Shown: positions 20,353 through 31,587, counted from the first letter of the stretch. The stretch: DNA of 64,000 bases from Candidatus Eiseniibacteriota bacterium (GCA_963702435.1 CAVPCR010000001.1:1-64000), one strand, 5' to 3'. Translations and numbers: made by a program. Notes: a model not told the origin generated them from the letters alone.

Positions 20353-21609
20353 CTACTCGGGCGCGATCTCCCGGTATACCGCGTAGAGCCTGTCGACCAC
20401 TCGCGGCCAGCTGAACTCTGCGGCACGCGCGCGGAGGAGGTCGGCGTCCCAGGTGCGGTCCATCGCCGCCGCCATCGCCTCTGCAAACGCCGCCGCATCG
20501 GCCGGCGGAGCAAGGATTCCGTACCGCTCGTCGGAGACGAGCTCGGGGATGCCGCCGGCCGTGGTCCCGACCACCGGGGTGCCGCTCGCGAAGGCCTCGA
20601 GTACCGCGAGCGGCATGCCCTCGCTCAGGCTCGGCATGACGAGCGTGTCGGCGGCGGCGATGAGCGGCGGCACTTCATCGAGCCGGAGGAGGCCGGTGAA
20701 ACGGACGCGTCCCGCGACTCCGGCACGCGCCACCTGAGCCTCGACCTCGGGCCGGAGGGGCCCGTCCGCGGTCATCACGAGGTAGATGGACGGGCGCTGC
20801 GCGAGGAGCCGGCTGAACGCGTCGATCAGCACCGCATGCCCCTTGGCCGGAAAGAAGAGATTCACCGACAGGAAGATGTGGGCGTCCGCCGGCAGATCGA
20901 GCCGGTGCCGGAGGGTCGCGCGGTCCTCGGTGCCGCGGTGGAGACCGGGATCGACGCCGCTCGGGACGTAACGCCTGCGCTCCGCCTCCACCCCGAGCTC
21001 GGCCGTGGCGGCGAGGAGTCCCTGTGACACGCCCACGATGCGGGTCGCGCGCCGCAGCACCTGCCGCACCCACCAGCGCACGAGCCCGCGGCTCGCCGGG
21101 AGCCAGTTGATCTCGGTGCCATAGGCCGTGCTCACGGAGGGACGGCCGGCGAGGAGTCCGACGAAGACAGCGGGGACTCCCATCGCATAGATGCAGTGGC
21201 CGTGCATGAGTGCGGCGTCGAGCGCGTGCCGGAAGAAAGCGTAGAGCCCGAACCCGATGAGCTGCAACGGCTCCGTGAGCGGCCACAGGATCGGCACATG
21301 GAGGTAGGAGTAGCGGAGGACGCGGAGCCCGGTCCCGCCGTGCGGCGCGGGGCTCCGCGGCGGATCCACCGGCCGCGCGCGCGAGCGCACCGCTCCCGCC
21401 CCGGCCGGAGCTCCTTCCCCGGCTGGCGCGCCGTCCAGGATCTTGCTGTCGGCATAGCGACGCAGCGGCGGCAAGATGGGGCGAAACTCGACGACGGTCA
21501 CCCGGCAGCGTTCCGCGAGCCCCTCAGCCTGCTTGCGGATCGACACCCGTAGGCCTCCCGCCGCCTGCGCGGCGCCCGGGAAATCCTCCGTGAAGAAGAG
21601 GACATGCAC
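20353..21609 (-). CDS. GT4 glycosyltransferase
   Basis: VPSGVD, KGHAVL, PSLSEGMPLAVLEAFASGTPVV. Confidence 0.9.
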   Translation of the reverse strand: MHVLFFTEDFPGAAQAAGGLRVSIRKQAEGLAERCRVTVVEFRPILPPLRRYADSKILDGAPAGEGAPAGAGAVRSRARPVDPPRSPAPHGGTGLRVLRYSYLHVPILWPLTEPLQLIGFGLYAFFRHALDAALMHGHCIYAMGVPAVFVGLLAGRPSVSTAYGTEINWLPASRGLVRWWVRQVLRRATRIVGVSQGLLAATAELGVEAERRRYVPSGVDPGLHRGTEDRATLRHRLDLPADAHIFLSVNLFFPAKGHAVLIDAFSRLLAQRPSIYLVMTADGPLRPEVEAQVARAGVAGRVRFTGLLRLDEVPPLIAAADTLVMPSLSEGMPLAVLEAFASGTPVVGTTAGGIPELVSDERYGILAPPADAAAFAEAMAAAMDRTWDADLLRARAAEFSWPRVVDRLYAVYREIAPE

Positions 21610-21679
21610 GTCCGTCGTCTCCTTGCTCCCGGCGCCGATCCGCCGCGCGCCCGCCGGCGCGCCTTCACGGCGCGCCCGG

Positions 21680-22825
21680 TCAGCCGCCGACGGCGCGGGA
21701 GTACACCTCGATCGTCTGCTTCGCGATCACATCCCAACTCAGCCGCCCCGCGGCCACGGCCGCGGCGTTCCGCCCGATCTCGATCCGCTCCGCGTCGTTC
21801 CGCAGGAGCCTGAGCACGGCCGCGGCCAGTGCGCGCTCGTCGGCCGGTGGTACGAGAAGTCCCGTTCGTCCGTGCTCGAGCACCTCGCCGATGCTCCCGG
21901 CATCGGTCGCCACCACCGGCTTGCCGAAGCCGAAGGCGAGCGCCAGGATGCCGCTCTGCGAGGCGCTGATGTAGGGCAGGACGACGATGTCGCACGCGGC
22001 GAAGAGGTCGGCCACCTCGTCATTGCCGATGAACCGGTCGACCACGGTGAAGCGGCCCGGATCGGCCATCAGCGCGCGATAGTATTCCAGGTTGTTGTCC
22101 TTTTCGTGCCGGAACTTCCCGGCGACGAGGATCGAGTAGTCTGCGTAGCCGGCGGAGATCAGCGGCTCGGCTTTGACCAGATACTCGAGGCCCTTGTTCT
22201 TGCGCACCTCGCCGAAGAAGAGAAGCTGCTTCCCCGGGCGCCGGGCGGCGCTCGCGGCGCCCGCGGGCCGAGCCAGGCGCCGATAGAGAGAGAGCTCGCC
22301 GTGGGGGAGCACCGCGATGTCGTCCGGGCGGATCCCGTGCAAGGTGGCAAGCGCGGCCTTCAAGCGCTCCCCGTGCACGATGCAGATCTTCGCCTGCGCG
22401 ACGCTCGCGCGCTGCGCCACGGTCTCGAAGAGCCGATCGGCGAGCGGCGTGCCGGTATGCTTGACCGGATCATGCACGGTGCAGACCATCGGCACGTGGC
22501 GATACAGGCTGCGGTGCAGGTTGAACCACAGATTGGGCCCCAGCAGGTGAACCACGTCGTACGTGGCGAGCCGCCGGGCCGCCTCGCGGTAGCTCCGGTA
22601 GTTGCGCGGGTCGCGCAGGCGGTATGCGCTGACTTCCACCTGGCCGATCGACGGATCGAGGAGGGTGAGGATCGTGGCGTCGCGCTGGCGGGCGTAGGCC
22701 CCGCCATAGAAGAAATCGAGGTGGCAGTGCCTGGCCAGCGCATTGGCCAGACAGACGGAATACTCGATGCATCCCGCCACGAAGGCGACCTTCATCCGGG
22801 AGTCACTGCGGGAAGTCAAGCCCAT
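21680..22825 (-). CDS. GT4 glycosyltransferase
   Basis: FFGEVRKNKGLEYL, VLPYISASQSG, FGKPVVAT. Confidence 0.9.
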   Translation of the reverse strand: MGLTSRSDSRMKVAFVAGCIEYSVCLANALARHCHLDFFYGGAYARQRDATILTLLDPSIGQVEVSAYRLRDPRNYRSYREAARRLATYDVVHLLGPNLWFNLHRSLYRHVPMVCTVHDPVKHTGTPLADRLFETVAQRASVAQAKICIVHGERLKAALATLHGIRPDDIAVLPHGELSLYRRLARPAGAASAARRPGKQLLFFGEVRKNKGLEYLVKAEPLISAGYADYSILVAGKFRHEKDNNLEYYRALMADPGRFTVVDRFIGNDEVADLFAACDIVVLPYISASQSGILALAFGFGKPVVATDAGSIGEVLEHGRTGLLVPPADERALAAAVLRLLRNDAERIEIGRNAAAVAAGRLSWDVIAKQTIEVYSRAVGG

Positions 22826-22924
22826 TGCGGGTTGGGAGAGTTAGTCGCCATGCGGACCGCCATTCTACACGAACGGCCGGCGTAGCGGCCGCCAACCTTC
22901 CACCCGAGTACGACCAGCGACCTC

Positions 22925-23773
22925 CTACCCGAAGCGGCCGGTGACGTAGTCCTCGGTCCGCCGGTCGGCGGGGCCCGTGAAGATGCGGGTTGCCGTGTCG
23001 ACCTCGACCAGTTCCCCGTCGAGGAGGAAGGCGGCCCGGTCCGCCATCCGCGCCGCCTGCTGCACGCTGTGCGGGACGAGGACGATCGTGTACTCGCGCT
23101 TGAGCTCCTGGAGCGAGGACTCGACCGTCGCCGTGGACAGGGGATCGAGCCCGGAGGTCGGATTGTCGAGGAGGATCACCTCGGGCTCGAGGGCAAGGCT
23201 TCGCGCGAGACAGAGGCGCTGGCGCTGGCCGCCGGAGAGCCGGAACGCGGACTGGTGGAGGCGATCCTTGACCTCGTCCCAGAGCGCCGCCTGGTGGAGC
23301 GAGCGCTCGACCCGCGCGGTGAGCGCCTCCTCGCCGGTCATCCCCGCCATGCGGAGCCCGTAGGTCAGGTTCTCCCAGATCGAGCCGGGGAGCGGGCTCG
23401 GAATGGCGAAGACCATGCTCACCTGGCGGCGGAGCGCGCTCACATCGACGTCCGGAGCGAAGATGTCGCTCCCCTCGAACAGCACGTCGCCGCTCGTGCG
23501 CGCCCCCGGCTGCAGATCGGCGAGGCGATTGAGGAGCCGGAGGAGCGTGCTCTTCCCGGAACGCGACGGTCCGAAGAGAACCGTGATCTGGCCGGGAAAG
23601 ATGTCGAGCGTGATGTTCGACAGGGCGCGCATGCCGCTGGCATAGGTGAAGGTCAGGTTCCGGATCCGGATCGTCGGCTCGCGCTCGGCGGGCGCCGCCG
23701 CACCGGGCGGCGGGGGCTCGAGCTTCATGGCCGGCGGGCTGACCGGCGGCAGCACGACTCCGCGTCCCTCCAT
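22925..23773 (-). CDS. pstB: Phosphate ABC transporter ATPase (copy 2) with degenerate Walker B and Q-loop
   Basis: [51 protein letters not shown]. Confidence 0.9.
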   Translation of the reverse strand: MEGRGVVLPPVSPPAMKLEPPPPGAAAPAEREPTIRIRNLTFTYASGMRALSNITLDIFPGQITVLFGPSRSGKSTLLRLLNRLADLQPGARTSGDVLFEGSDIFAPDVDVSALRRQVSMVFAIPSPLPGSIWENLTYGLRMAGMTGEEALTARVERSLHQAALWDEVKDRLHQSAFRLSGGQRQRLCLARSLALEPEVILLDNPTSGLDPLSTATVESSLQELKREYTIVLVPHSVQQAARMADRAAFLLDGELVEVDTATRIFTGPADRRTEDYVTGRFG

Positions 23774-23784
23774 GGTAGGTCCTC

Positions 23785-24630
23785 CTACCATTCCCGCCGC
23801 GCGCGGACGCGGCTCCGGATCACGCTCGCGACGAGGGTCAACGAGAGGACGAGGAGGAGGAGGACGAAGGCAGTCCCGTACTGGATCGAGAGCGGCATGC
23901 CCGGCACCTGGGTCGAGATCACGTACAGGTGGTAGGGCAGCGCCATGGTCGGATCGGAGATCGAGTCGGGCAGCGCCGGCAGGTAGAAGGCCGCCGCCGT
24001 GAACAGGATCGGTGCGGTCTCTCCGGCCGCGCGACTCAGGCCGAGGATGACGCCGGTCAGGATCCCCGGCAGCGCATGCGGGAGCACCTGGTGGCGAATG
24101 GTCTGCCACTTGGTGGCACCGAGACTCAGACTCACCGTGCGGAACTCGGCGGGCACGGCCCGGATCGCCTCCTCCGCGGTCGAGATCACGACCGGCATTG
24201 TCATCAGGCCGAGGGTGAGCGAGCCCGCGAGGATCGAGGTCCCGAGCTTCATGAAGAGCACGAACATGGCGAGGCCGAAGAGCCCGTAGACGATGGACGG
24301 GATGCCGGCGAGGTTGGCGATCGCGAGCCGCACCGCCGCGGTCACCCGGTTCTGTCCCGCGTACTCGGCGAGATAGATCGCGGCCCCGATCGCCAGCGGG
24401 ATCGAGGCGATCGCGGTGCCGAGCGCGAGATACACGGTGCCGAGGAGCGCAGGCAGGATGCCGCCCTCCGTCATGCCATCCCGCGGCATGGTGAACAGGA
24501 AACGCGGGCTCAGGGCGGGAGACCCTTCCCATACGATGTACAGGATGACGGCGAGGATCGGAATGGTGGCGATCGTGGCCACGGTCGTGATCACCGCCGT
24601 GGCGATGCGCTGTGTCCCCTGGCGCGTCAC
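23785..24630 (-). CDS. pstA: Phosphate ABC transporter permease PstA (set 2)
   Basis: NLAGIPSIVYGLFG, LGATKWQTI, RAAGETAPI. Confidence 0.95.
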   Translation of the reverse strand: MTRQGTQRIATAVITTVATIATIPILAVILYIVWEGSPALSPRFLFTMPRDGMTEGGILPALLGTVYLALGTAIASIPLAIGAAIYLAEYAGQNRVTAAVRLAIANLAGIPSIVYGLFGLAMFVLFMKLGTSILAGSLTLGLMTMPVVISTAEEAIRAVPAEFRTVSLSLGATKWQTIRHQVLPHALPGILTGVILGLSRAAGETAPILFTAAAFYLPALPDSISDPTMALPYHLYVISTQVPGMPLSIQYGTAFVLLLLVLSLTLVASVIRSRVRARREW

Positions 24631-24633
24631 GGC

Positions 24634-25572
24634 TTACTCCCCGCCCTGCTTCCGGCTGGTCAGGCCGATGATGCGCGCCGCGATCGAGTTGATGGCGAAG
24701 GTGATGATGAAGAGGACGATGGCGACGGCGAACAGCACGTGGTAGTGCGTGCTCCCCTGCGCCACCTCCCCCATCTCGGCGGCGATCGTGGCCGTCATCG
24801 TGCGCACCGGCTCGAAGAACATGCCCGTACCGAACGGGATGTTGGCCGCGTTGCCGGTGACCATGAGAACGGCCATGGTCTCGCCGATCGCCCGCCCGAT
24901 GCCGAGCATGACGGCGGTGACGAGTCCCGAGCGGGCCGCCGGCAGGACGACGCGATAGGTGGTCTGCCAGTCGGTGGCGCCGAGGGCGAGCGCCCCGTCG
25001 CGGTAGGCGCGCGGCACGGCGTCGATCGCATCCTCGGCGATCGAGATGATGGTGGGGAGCGCCATGTAGGCGAGGATGAGACCGCCGGTGAACGCGGTGA
25101 GCCCGGTCGCCGCCCCGGCCCGCTGCACGAGCGGCGCGAGCGCCACCCAGCCGAGGAAGCCGAGCACGATCGAGGGGATCCCGGCCAGGATCTCGATCAT
25201 CGGCTTGAGGATGTCGCGGAGCCAGGAGGGAGCCATCTCGCCCAGGTAGACCGCGGTGGTGAGCCCGATCGGCACCGCGATGAGGACAGCGAGGAGCGTC
25301 ACGAGGAGCGAGCCGAAGATGAGCGGCGCCAGGCCGAACAGGGCCTCGATCGGATACCAGCGCGAGCCGAGGAGGGCCGCGAGCGGCACTTCCCTGAGCG
25401 TCGGCAGCCCCTCGCGCAGCAGAAAGGCGAAGATGAGGACGACGAGGACGATGGCCGACACGCCGGAGACGCGGATCAAGCCCTCGATGGTGCGCTCGCC
25501 GATCGCCGATCCCGTGCGGCCGAGCGAGGCGCGCTCCACGTCGCGGGTTGTCGCGTCGAACCGAGTCGCCAT
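24634..25572 (-). CDS. pstC: Phosphate ABC transporter permease PstC (set 2)
   Basis: EILAGIPSIVLG, ALGAT, GRAIGETMAV, TMTATIAAEMGE. Confidence 0.95.
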   Translation of the reverse strand: MATRFDATTRDVERASLGRTGSAIGERTIEGLIRVSGVSAIVLVVLIFAFLLREGLPTLREVPLAALLGSRWYPIEALFGLAPLIFGSLLVTLLAVLIAVPIGLTTAVYLGEMAPSWLRDILKPMIEILAGIPSIVLGFLGWVALAPLVQRAGAATGLTAFTGGLILAYMALPTIISIAEDAIDAVPRAYRDGALALGATDWQTTYRVVLPAARSGLVTAVMLGIGRAIGETMAVLMVTGNAANIPFGTGMFFEPVRTMTATIAAEMGEVAQGSTHYHVLFAVAIVLFIITFAINSIAARIIGLTSRKQGGE

Positions 25573-25613
25573 CCCTTCCCCCGTCCTGCCGTCCCTGTCA
25601 CCCGCCGCCCGCC

Positions 25614-25644
25614 CCTAGCTCGGCCCGCACCTAGCTCGGCCCGC
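25614..25644. repeat. 15-bp direct repeat (period 16) duplicating the pstS stop codon
   Basis: cctagctcggcccgc-a-cctagctcggcccgc. Confidence 0.8.
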
Positions 25645-26572
25645 TCGCAGTTCCTACCGCTCCGAGGGGCACGAACCCGAGCTTCCGGACGATCGCCTGC
25701 CCGGCTGGGCCAACGATCCAGTCGAGATAGGCGGCGATCTCCCCCGTGGGCGCACCCGCCGTGTACATGAAGAGCGCGCGGGACAAGGGATACGTGCCGT
25801 CGGCCGCGGTGGCCACCGATGGCCTCACGTAGGGCTGGCCCGGCGCCGCCGCCACCGCGATCACCTTCTCCTCGGCGGTCACATAGCCGAGCCCATCATA
25901 CCCGATCGCGTTCGGGTTCCGCCGCACCTCGCTCGTGATGCCCACCGAGGACGGCATGAGCAGGGTCTCCGGGGCGAAGACGTCCTTGGCCTCCTTGTCG
26001 CCCCGGCGCACCACCTCATCCAGGAAGTAGACGTGCGTCCCCGAGTTGGTCTCGCGGGAGACGAGGACGATCGGGCCATCACGCCCGCCCACGTCGCGCC
26101 AGTTGGCGACGCGCCCCGTGAAGATGTCCGAGAGCTGGCCGATCGTGAGTTCAGATACCGGGTTCTCCAGATTGACGATGACGGCCAGCGCGTCGACGGC
26201 GATCGTGTGCTCGACCGGTTCGATGCCCCGGTCGCGGGCCGCTGCGATCTCGTCGTCCTTCATCCGCCGCGAGGCATTGGCGATATCCACCGTCCCGTTC
26301 ATGAGCGCGGCGATGCCGGTGCCCGTGCCGCCGCCGGTGACCGCGATCGACACCCGGGGGCGCACGATCCGGTAGGCCTCGGCCCAGGCGAGGGCGAGGT
26401 TGACGATCGTATCCGAGCCCTTGTTCTCGATCGCCGCGCTCCCCCCCGCCGCGGCGCCGGGGGTGCCGCGATCTGCCGGGCGGCGGGCGCAGGCGAGAGC
26501 GGAGAAAGCGCCGAGGACGACCGGGAGGAGAAGGAGACCGACGAGCGCCGGGGTCTGCCGCGGCGTGGGCAT
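25631..26572 (-). CDS. pstS: Phosphate-binding lipoprotein PstS (set 2)
   Basis: Lipobox ALAC, KGSDT, GGGTGTGIAAL, DIANASR, SRETNSGT, YPLSR. Confidence 0.95.
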   Translation of the reverse strand: MPTPRQTPALVGLLLLPVVLGAFSALACARRPADRGTPGAAAGGSAAIENKGSDTIVNLALAWAEAYRIVRPRVSIAVTGGGTGTGIAALMNGTVDIANASRRMKDDEIAAARDRGIEPVEHTIAVDALAVIVNLENPVSELTIGQLSDIFTGRVANWRDVGGRDGPIVLVSRETNSGTHVYFLDEVVRRGDKEAKDVFAPETLLMPSSVGITSEVRRNPNAIGYDGLGYVTAEEKVIAVAAAPGQPYVRPSVATAADGTYPLSRALFMYTAGAPTGEIAAYLDWIVGPAGQAIVRKLGFVPLGAVGTASGPS

Positions 26573-26590
26573 GGGGCCTCCGCCGGCCCC

Positions 26591-27343
26591 TCAGTTCGTC
26601 GCGGGCGGCGGCCCCGCCTCGGCCTGCCGCTTCTCGGCCTCGGCCTGCATGGCCGCGCGGAGCTTCGCCTTCTCGTGCCGCACGTCGGCGCCCATCACCA
26701 TGAAGATGGTCTGCTCGGCGATGTTGGTGGCGTGGTCGCCCATGCGCTCGAGGTGGCGGGCCACGAAGAGGAGGCGGGTCGCCACACTGATGGTCTCCGG
26801 CGACTCGATCATGTAGGTGAGGATCTCGTGGAAGACCTTGTCGTAGAGCCGGTCGACGGCGACATCGTTGACGACGACCTGCTTGGCGAGATCGGGGTTC
26901 TCGTCGACGAAGGCGTCGAGGCTCTGCCGCACCATGTCGCGCACCGCCGCCGCCATGGTCGGCAGGTCGACGTAGGGCTTGAGCCGCGGCTCCTGGTTGA
27001 TCTCGAGCGTGGCCCGGGCGATGTTGACGCAGAGATCGCCCATGCGCTCGAGATCGGTGACGATCTTGAGCGCCGTCGTGATGTGCCGGAGATCGGTCGC
27101 CGCCGGCTGGCGGAGGGCGAGAATGCGGATGCAGAGCTCGTCCACTTCCTTCTCGAGCGTGTCCACCTCCTTGTCGCGCAGGAGGACGAGGTCCGCCTTG
27201 GCGGAATCGCGCTCGACGAGGGCGTCGGTCGCGGTCGCGATCAGACCCTCGACCTTGCTCGCCATGAGGAGGAGCTTGGCGCGCAGATCGCTCAGCTCGT
27301 CTTCGAACTCGCTCGAGAGGTGCTTGTGTCGGCTGGTTTCCAT
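26591..27343 (-). CDS. phoU: Phosphate signalling protein PhoU
   Basis: QPAATDLR, DLERMGD, HLERMGDHATNIAE. Confidence 0.95.
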   Translation of the reverse strand: METSRHKHLSSEFEDELSDLRAKLLLMASKVEGLIATATDALVERDSAKADLVLLRDKEVDTLEKEVDELCIRILALRQPAATDLRHITTALKIVTDLERMGDLCVNIARATLEINQEPRLKPYVDLPTMAAAVRDMVRQSLDAFVDENPDLAKQVVVNDVAVDRLYDKVFHEILTYMIESPETISVATRLLFVARHLERMGDHATNIAEQTIFMVMGADVRHEKAKLRAAMQAEAEKRQAEAGPPPATN

Positions 27344-27384
27344 TGGCCTCGCTGGCTTCCGCTGTGACTGACCGCAGCGACCGA

Positions 27385-28227
<843 letters not shown>

Positions 28228-28237
28228 GCGTCGCGTC

Positions 28238-29272
28238 CTAGACCGATGTCTTGCCCAACCGCCGCCGGAAGACGTACCGGGAGATGATCCCGGTCAGGTT
28301 GAGCAGGAAGGTGAGCGCCACGAGCACGAGCGTCGTCCCGTACTGGAGCGGCAGGGTCGCGCGCGAGTCGGTGGACTGGGTGGCCAGGATGAAGATGTGG
28401 TAGCTCAGCTCCATGAACTGGTCGAGCGGGTTCACCATGGGGACGACGCCGAAGAGATGGGCGACCGGGAGGCGGGGCAGGAAGTAGGCGCAGCCCGTGA
28501 ACAGGATGGGTGCGGTCTCCCCGGCACCGCGGCTGATCGAGAGGATGGCCCCGGTCAGGATGCCCGCCCGCGCCTGCGGCAGCACCACCCGCCAGATGGT
28601 CTCCCACTTGGTGGCGCCGAGAGCGAACGAGGCGTCACGGTGGCTCTGCGGCACCGCGGTGAGGGCCTCCTCGGTCGTCACGATGATGGTGGGCAGGACG
28701 AGACAGGCGAGCGTGGCGGCCGCCCACAGCATGATCGGCTGCCCGAAGAGGAGCCCGCTCCCCTGGCCGGCGGTCGTCCCGATCGCCTGCTCGACGGCGG
28801 CGCGGCCGCCGGGGCCGAGCGCCGCGTCGAGGTGACGGCCCACGAAGAGGATGAAGAACCCGACCCCGAAGAGCCCGAACACGATCGAGGGCACGCCGGC
28901 CAGGTTGTTGACCGCCGCCCTGATCACCCGCGCCACGGGGCTCGTGCCCGCGTACTCGACGAGGTAGATCCCGGCCATGGCGCCGAGCGGGAGCGCCATC
29001 AGGATCATGAGGAGCGTGATGGCCACTGTGCCGAAGATGGCCGGGAAGATCCCGCCCTCGGTCATGCCCTCGGCCGGCGCCGCCGAGAGGAACTCCCAGC
29101 TCAGGACGCCGGCGCCGTGCCGCACGATATGGAAGAGGAGGAGGAAGAGGACGCAGATAACGAGCACGGTCGCCGCCCGGCACAGCCCCGTCATGAGCTC
29201 GCCGGTCAAGTCCCGGCGCCGGTGGCCGCTCCAGGCGGCGGCCGGCACTTCTTTCATCCCGCGCTTCTCCAT
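28238..29272 (-). CDS. pstA: Phosphate ABC transporter permease PstA (set 1)
   Basis: [35 protein letters not shown]; start could be GTG 29293. Confidence 0.95.
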   Translation of the reverse strand: MEKRGMKEVPAAAWSGHRRRDLTGELMTGLCRAATVLVICVLFLLLFHIVRHGAGVLSWEFLSAAPAEGMTEGGIFPAIFGTVAITLLMILMALPLGAMAGIYLVEYAGTSPVARVIRAAVNNLAGVPSIVFGLFGVGFFILFVGRHLDAALGPGGRAAVEQAIGTTAGQGSGLLFGQPIMLWAAATLACLVLPTIIVTTEEALTAVPQSHRDASFALGATKWETIWRVVLPQARAGILTGAILSISRGAGETAPILFTGCAYFLPRLPVAHLFGVVPMVNPLDQFMELSYHIFILATQSTDSRATLPLQYGTTLVLVALTFLLNLTGIISRYVFRRRLGKTSV

Positions 29273-29289
29273 CACGGCATTCCCCGCGA

Positions 29290-30486
29290 TCACATCCGCA
29301 GCCGGCGGCGCATCCGGCTCACGATGACCTCGGCGACCAGGTTGAAGACGAAGGTCATGGTGAAGAGCACCGCGCCGACGAAGAAGAGGGCGTGGTACTG
29401 CTCGGAGTCGCGGGCCACGGCCCCGAGCTCTGCGGCGATCGTCGCCGTCATCGTGCGCACGCTGGACAGGAGGTTGCCGGTGGTGAGGGCGGCATTCCCG
29501 GTCGCCATGAGCACGATCATGGTCTCGCCGAGGGCGCGCCCGAAACCGAGGAGCGCGGCCGCGGTGATCCCGGAGACGGCGGCGGGGACGACGACCCGTG
29601 ACACCGTCTGCCAGCGCGTGGCGCCCAGGCCGTAGGAGGCGAGCCGTAGCGTCTCGGGAACGGCGCGCAGCGCATCCTCGGTGAGCGAGGCGATGACGGG
29701 GATGACGACGAGCGAGACGCCGAGGGCTCCGACGAAGGCGTTCAGCCGGAAGTGGCTGTGCGTGATCTGCTGGACGAGGGTGGCGAGGACGGTGAGCGCG
29801 ATGAAGCCGATGATCACGGTCGGAATCCCGGCGAGCAGCTCGATCGCCGGCTTCACGATCTCGCGGACGCGATGGCTCGCCAGCTCGGCGAGGTAGATCC
29901 CGACGAGGACGCCGATGAGGGTCGAGATGAGCGTGGCCGGCAGCGCGACGAGGAGGGAGCCGTTCACGAGCGGGAGGAGTGAGTACTTGGGCTCTTCCGA
30001 GACCGGCTGCCACACGGTGGCGAACTCGCGGATCTCGGTGAAGGTGTCGCTCGCCGCGTCGTAGCTCGACTTGATCTCGGTGCCGCCGATGAACTGCCGG
30101 GGCGCGATATCGCTGAAGGCGGACACGCCCTCGCGGAACAGGAAGACGAAGATCAGGGCGATGATGATGATCGCCGCCATGCCGTTCACCAGCAGGAAGA
30201 GCTCGATCATCCGCTCGCGGAGCCGGCGGCCATGACTCACGCCGAGGTCGCCGGGGGCGGCGGGGGCGCCCGCGGCGGCCGCAGTGGGTGGCGTCGCGGA
30301 CTGCGCGGCGGCCGGAGCCGGCGCGGCCCACACGGCCGGACCGGGCCTGGCAGCAGGCCGGTTCGCCTTGAGCCGCGGCGGGAGCGGGCGCGCCTCCGCC
30401 GCCGCCTTTTCCGGCGGCGGCGGAGCCTCTGGCTCGTGCCCGGTGGTCAAGGGGACCACATCTTCCGTTCGCGACGAGTCCGTCAC
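29290..30486 (-). CDS. pstC: Phosphate ABC transporter permease PstC (set 1), Pro/Ala-rich N-terminal extension
   Basis: KPAIELLAGIPTV, GLGATRWQT, GRALGETMIV, TMTATIAAELG; start uncertain. Confidence 0.93.
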   Translation of the reverse strand: MTDSSRTEDVVPLTTGHEPEAPPPPEKAAAEARPLPPRLKANRPAARPGPAVWAAPAPAAAQSATPPTAAAAGAPAAPGDLGVSHGRRLRERMIELFLLVNGMAAIIIIALIFVFLFREGVSAFSDIAPRQFIGGTEIKSSYDAASDTFTEIREFATVWQPVSEEPKYSLLPLVNGSLLVALPATLISTLIGVLVGIYLAELASHRVREIVKPAIELLAGIPTVIIGFIALTVLATLVQQITHSHFRLNAFVGALGVSLVVIPVIASLTEDALRAVPETLRLASYGLGATRWQTVSRVVVPAAVSGITAAALLGFGRALGETMIVLMATGNAALTTGNLLSSVRTMTATIAAELGAVARDSEQYHALFFVGAVLFTMTFVFNLVAEVIVSRMRRRLRM

Positions 30487-30518
30487 AGGGGGATCCCGGC
30501 GATCCGCTGGTCGCGGCG

Positions 30519-31415
30519 CTAGCGCGCCTGCCCCGCCGCGGCGTTCTCCTGGAGCGGGATGTAGCCGAGATCCGCGGCGATCTGCTGACCTTCCGGCCCC
30601 AGGATCCACCCGAGGTAAGCGCCGAGCGCGCCCTTCGGCTTCCCTGCCGTGTAGCAATAGAGGTAGCGCGCGATCGGGTACTCGCCGGAGTAGACGACCG
30701 AGAAGTCGATCGACTTGTGGTCCGCCGCGAGCGGCGTGATCGCGGGTGAGTCCTTGTCCTTCTTGATCTTCACGACCTTGACGGTCGGCTGGTTCAGGAA
30801 GTAGGCGATCCCGCCGAACCCGACGCCGGCCGGATCATTGATCACCGCGGTGGCCACCGCCGCCGTGCCGGGCATGTTCTGGCAATCGCTCGCGTAGTCC
30901 TGGTTGCCGAGCACGTGCTCCTTGAAGAAGACATAGGTGCCGCTGTTCGACTCGCGGCTGTAGCGAACGATGGCCTTGGTCGGACCGCCGACGTCCTTCC
31001 AGTTGTTGACGGCGCCCGTGTAGATCGCCTTCACCTGGTTCATCGTGAGCTCGTTGATCGGGTTGTCCTTGTGCACGATGACGGTCAGGGCGTCCATCGC
31101 CACCTTCAACTCCTCGGCCTCGATCCCGGCCTCGCGCGCGGTCTTCTTCTCCGCGGCCTTGATCGGACGGCTCGAGTTGGCGATGTCAGTGGTCTTGTTG
31201 AGAAGGGCGGCGATCCCGGTGCCGGAGCCGCCTCCGGTCACCTGGATGGCGACATCCTTGTGTCCTTCCATGTACTTCTCGGCCCAGCGCTGGGCGAGGA
31301 GGACCATGGTGTCCGAGCCCTTGACCGTCAGGTTTCCGGCACTGGCGGGGATGGCGAACGCAAAGGCGAAAACGAGCAGACAGACGGCAAGCAGCGCGAC
31401 AGGGTGACGCAGCAT
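30519..31415 (-). CDS. pstS: Phosphate-binding protein PstS (set 1)
   Basis: Signal peptide, KGSDT, GGGSGTGIAAL, SRESNSGT, YPIARYL; alternative start GTG 31499. Confidence 0.95.
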   Translation of the reverse strand: MLRHPVALLAVCLLVFAFAFAIPASAGNLTVKGSDTMVLLAQRWAEKYMEGHKDVAIQVTGGGSGTGIAALLNKTTDIANSSRPIKAAEKKTAREAGIEAEELKVAMDALTVIVHKDNPINELTMNQVKAIYTGAVNNWKDVGGPTKAIVRYSRESNSGTYVFFKEHVLGNQDYASDCQNMPGTAAVATAVINDPAGVGFGGIAYFLNQPTVKVVKIKKDKDSPAITPLAADHKSIDFSVVYSGEYPIARYLYCYTAGKPKGALGAYLGWILGPEGQQIAADLGYIPLQENAAAGQAR

Positions 31416-31545
31416 CGGTCGATCGAACCTCCCCAAGTGGCCACCCGAGATCGAGTTCGCAGGCCGCCTGGCCCGCAGCGGAGCGCGCGGTCCGGCCACG
31501 TGACCGCACTCCTCTCCATTGGCTTGCCATGATGATCGGGCCGTT

Positions 31546-31587
31546 CTGTGACAGTCGTGTCACAGCAGGGGCACGTTTGCGTGATGT
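31546..31587 (-). promoter_or_regulatory. Pho box array upstream of pstS
   Basis: Minus strand ACATCAC-gcaa-ACGTGCC-cctg-CTGTGAC-acga-CTGTCAC: 11-bp periodic heptamers resembling E. coli CTGTCAT-N4-CTGTCAC, with GATCAT 10 nt downstream. Confidence 0.7.
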
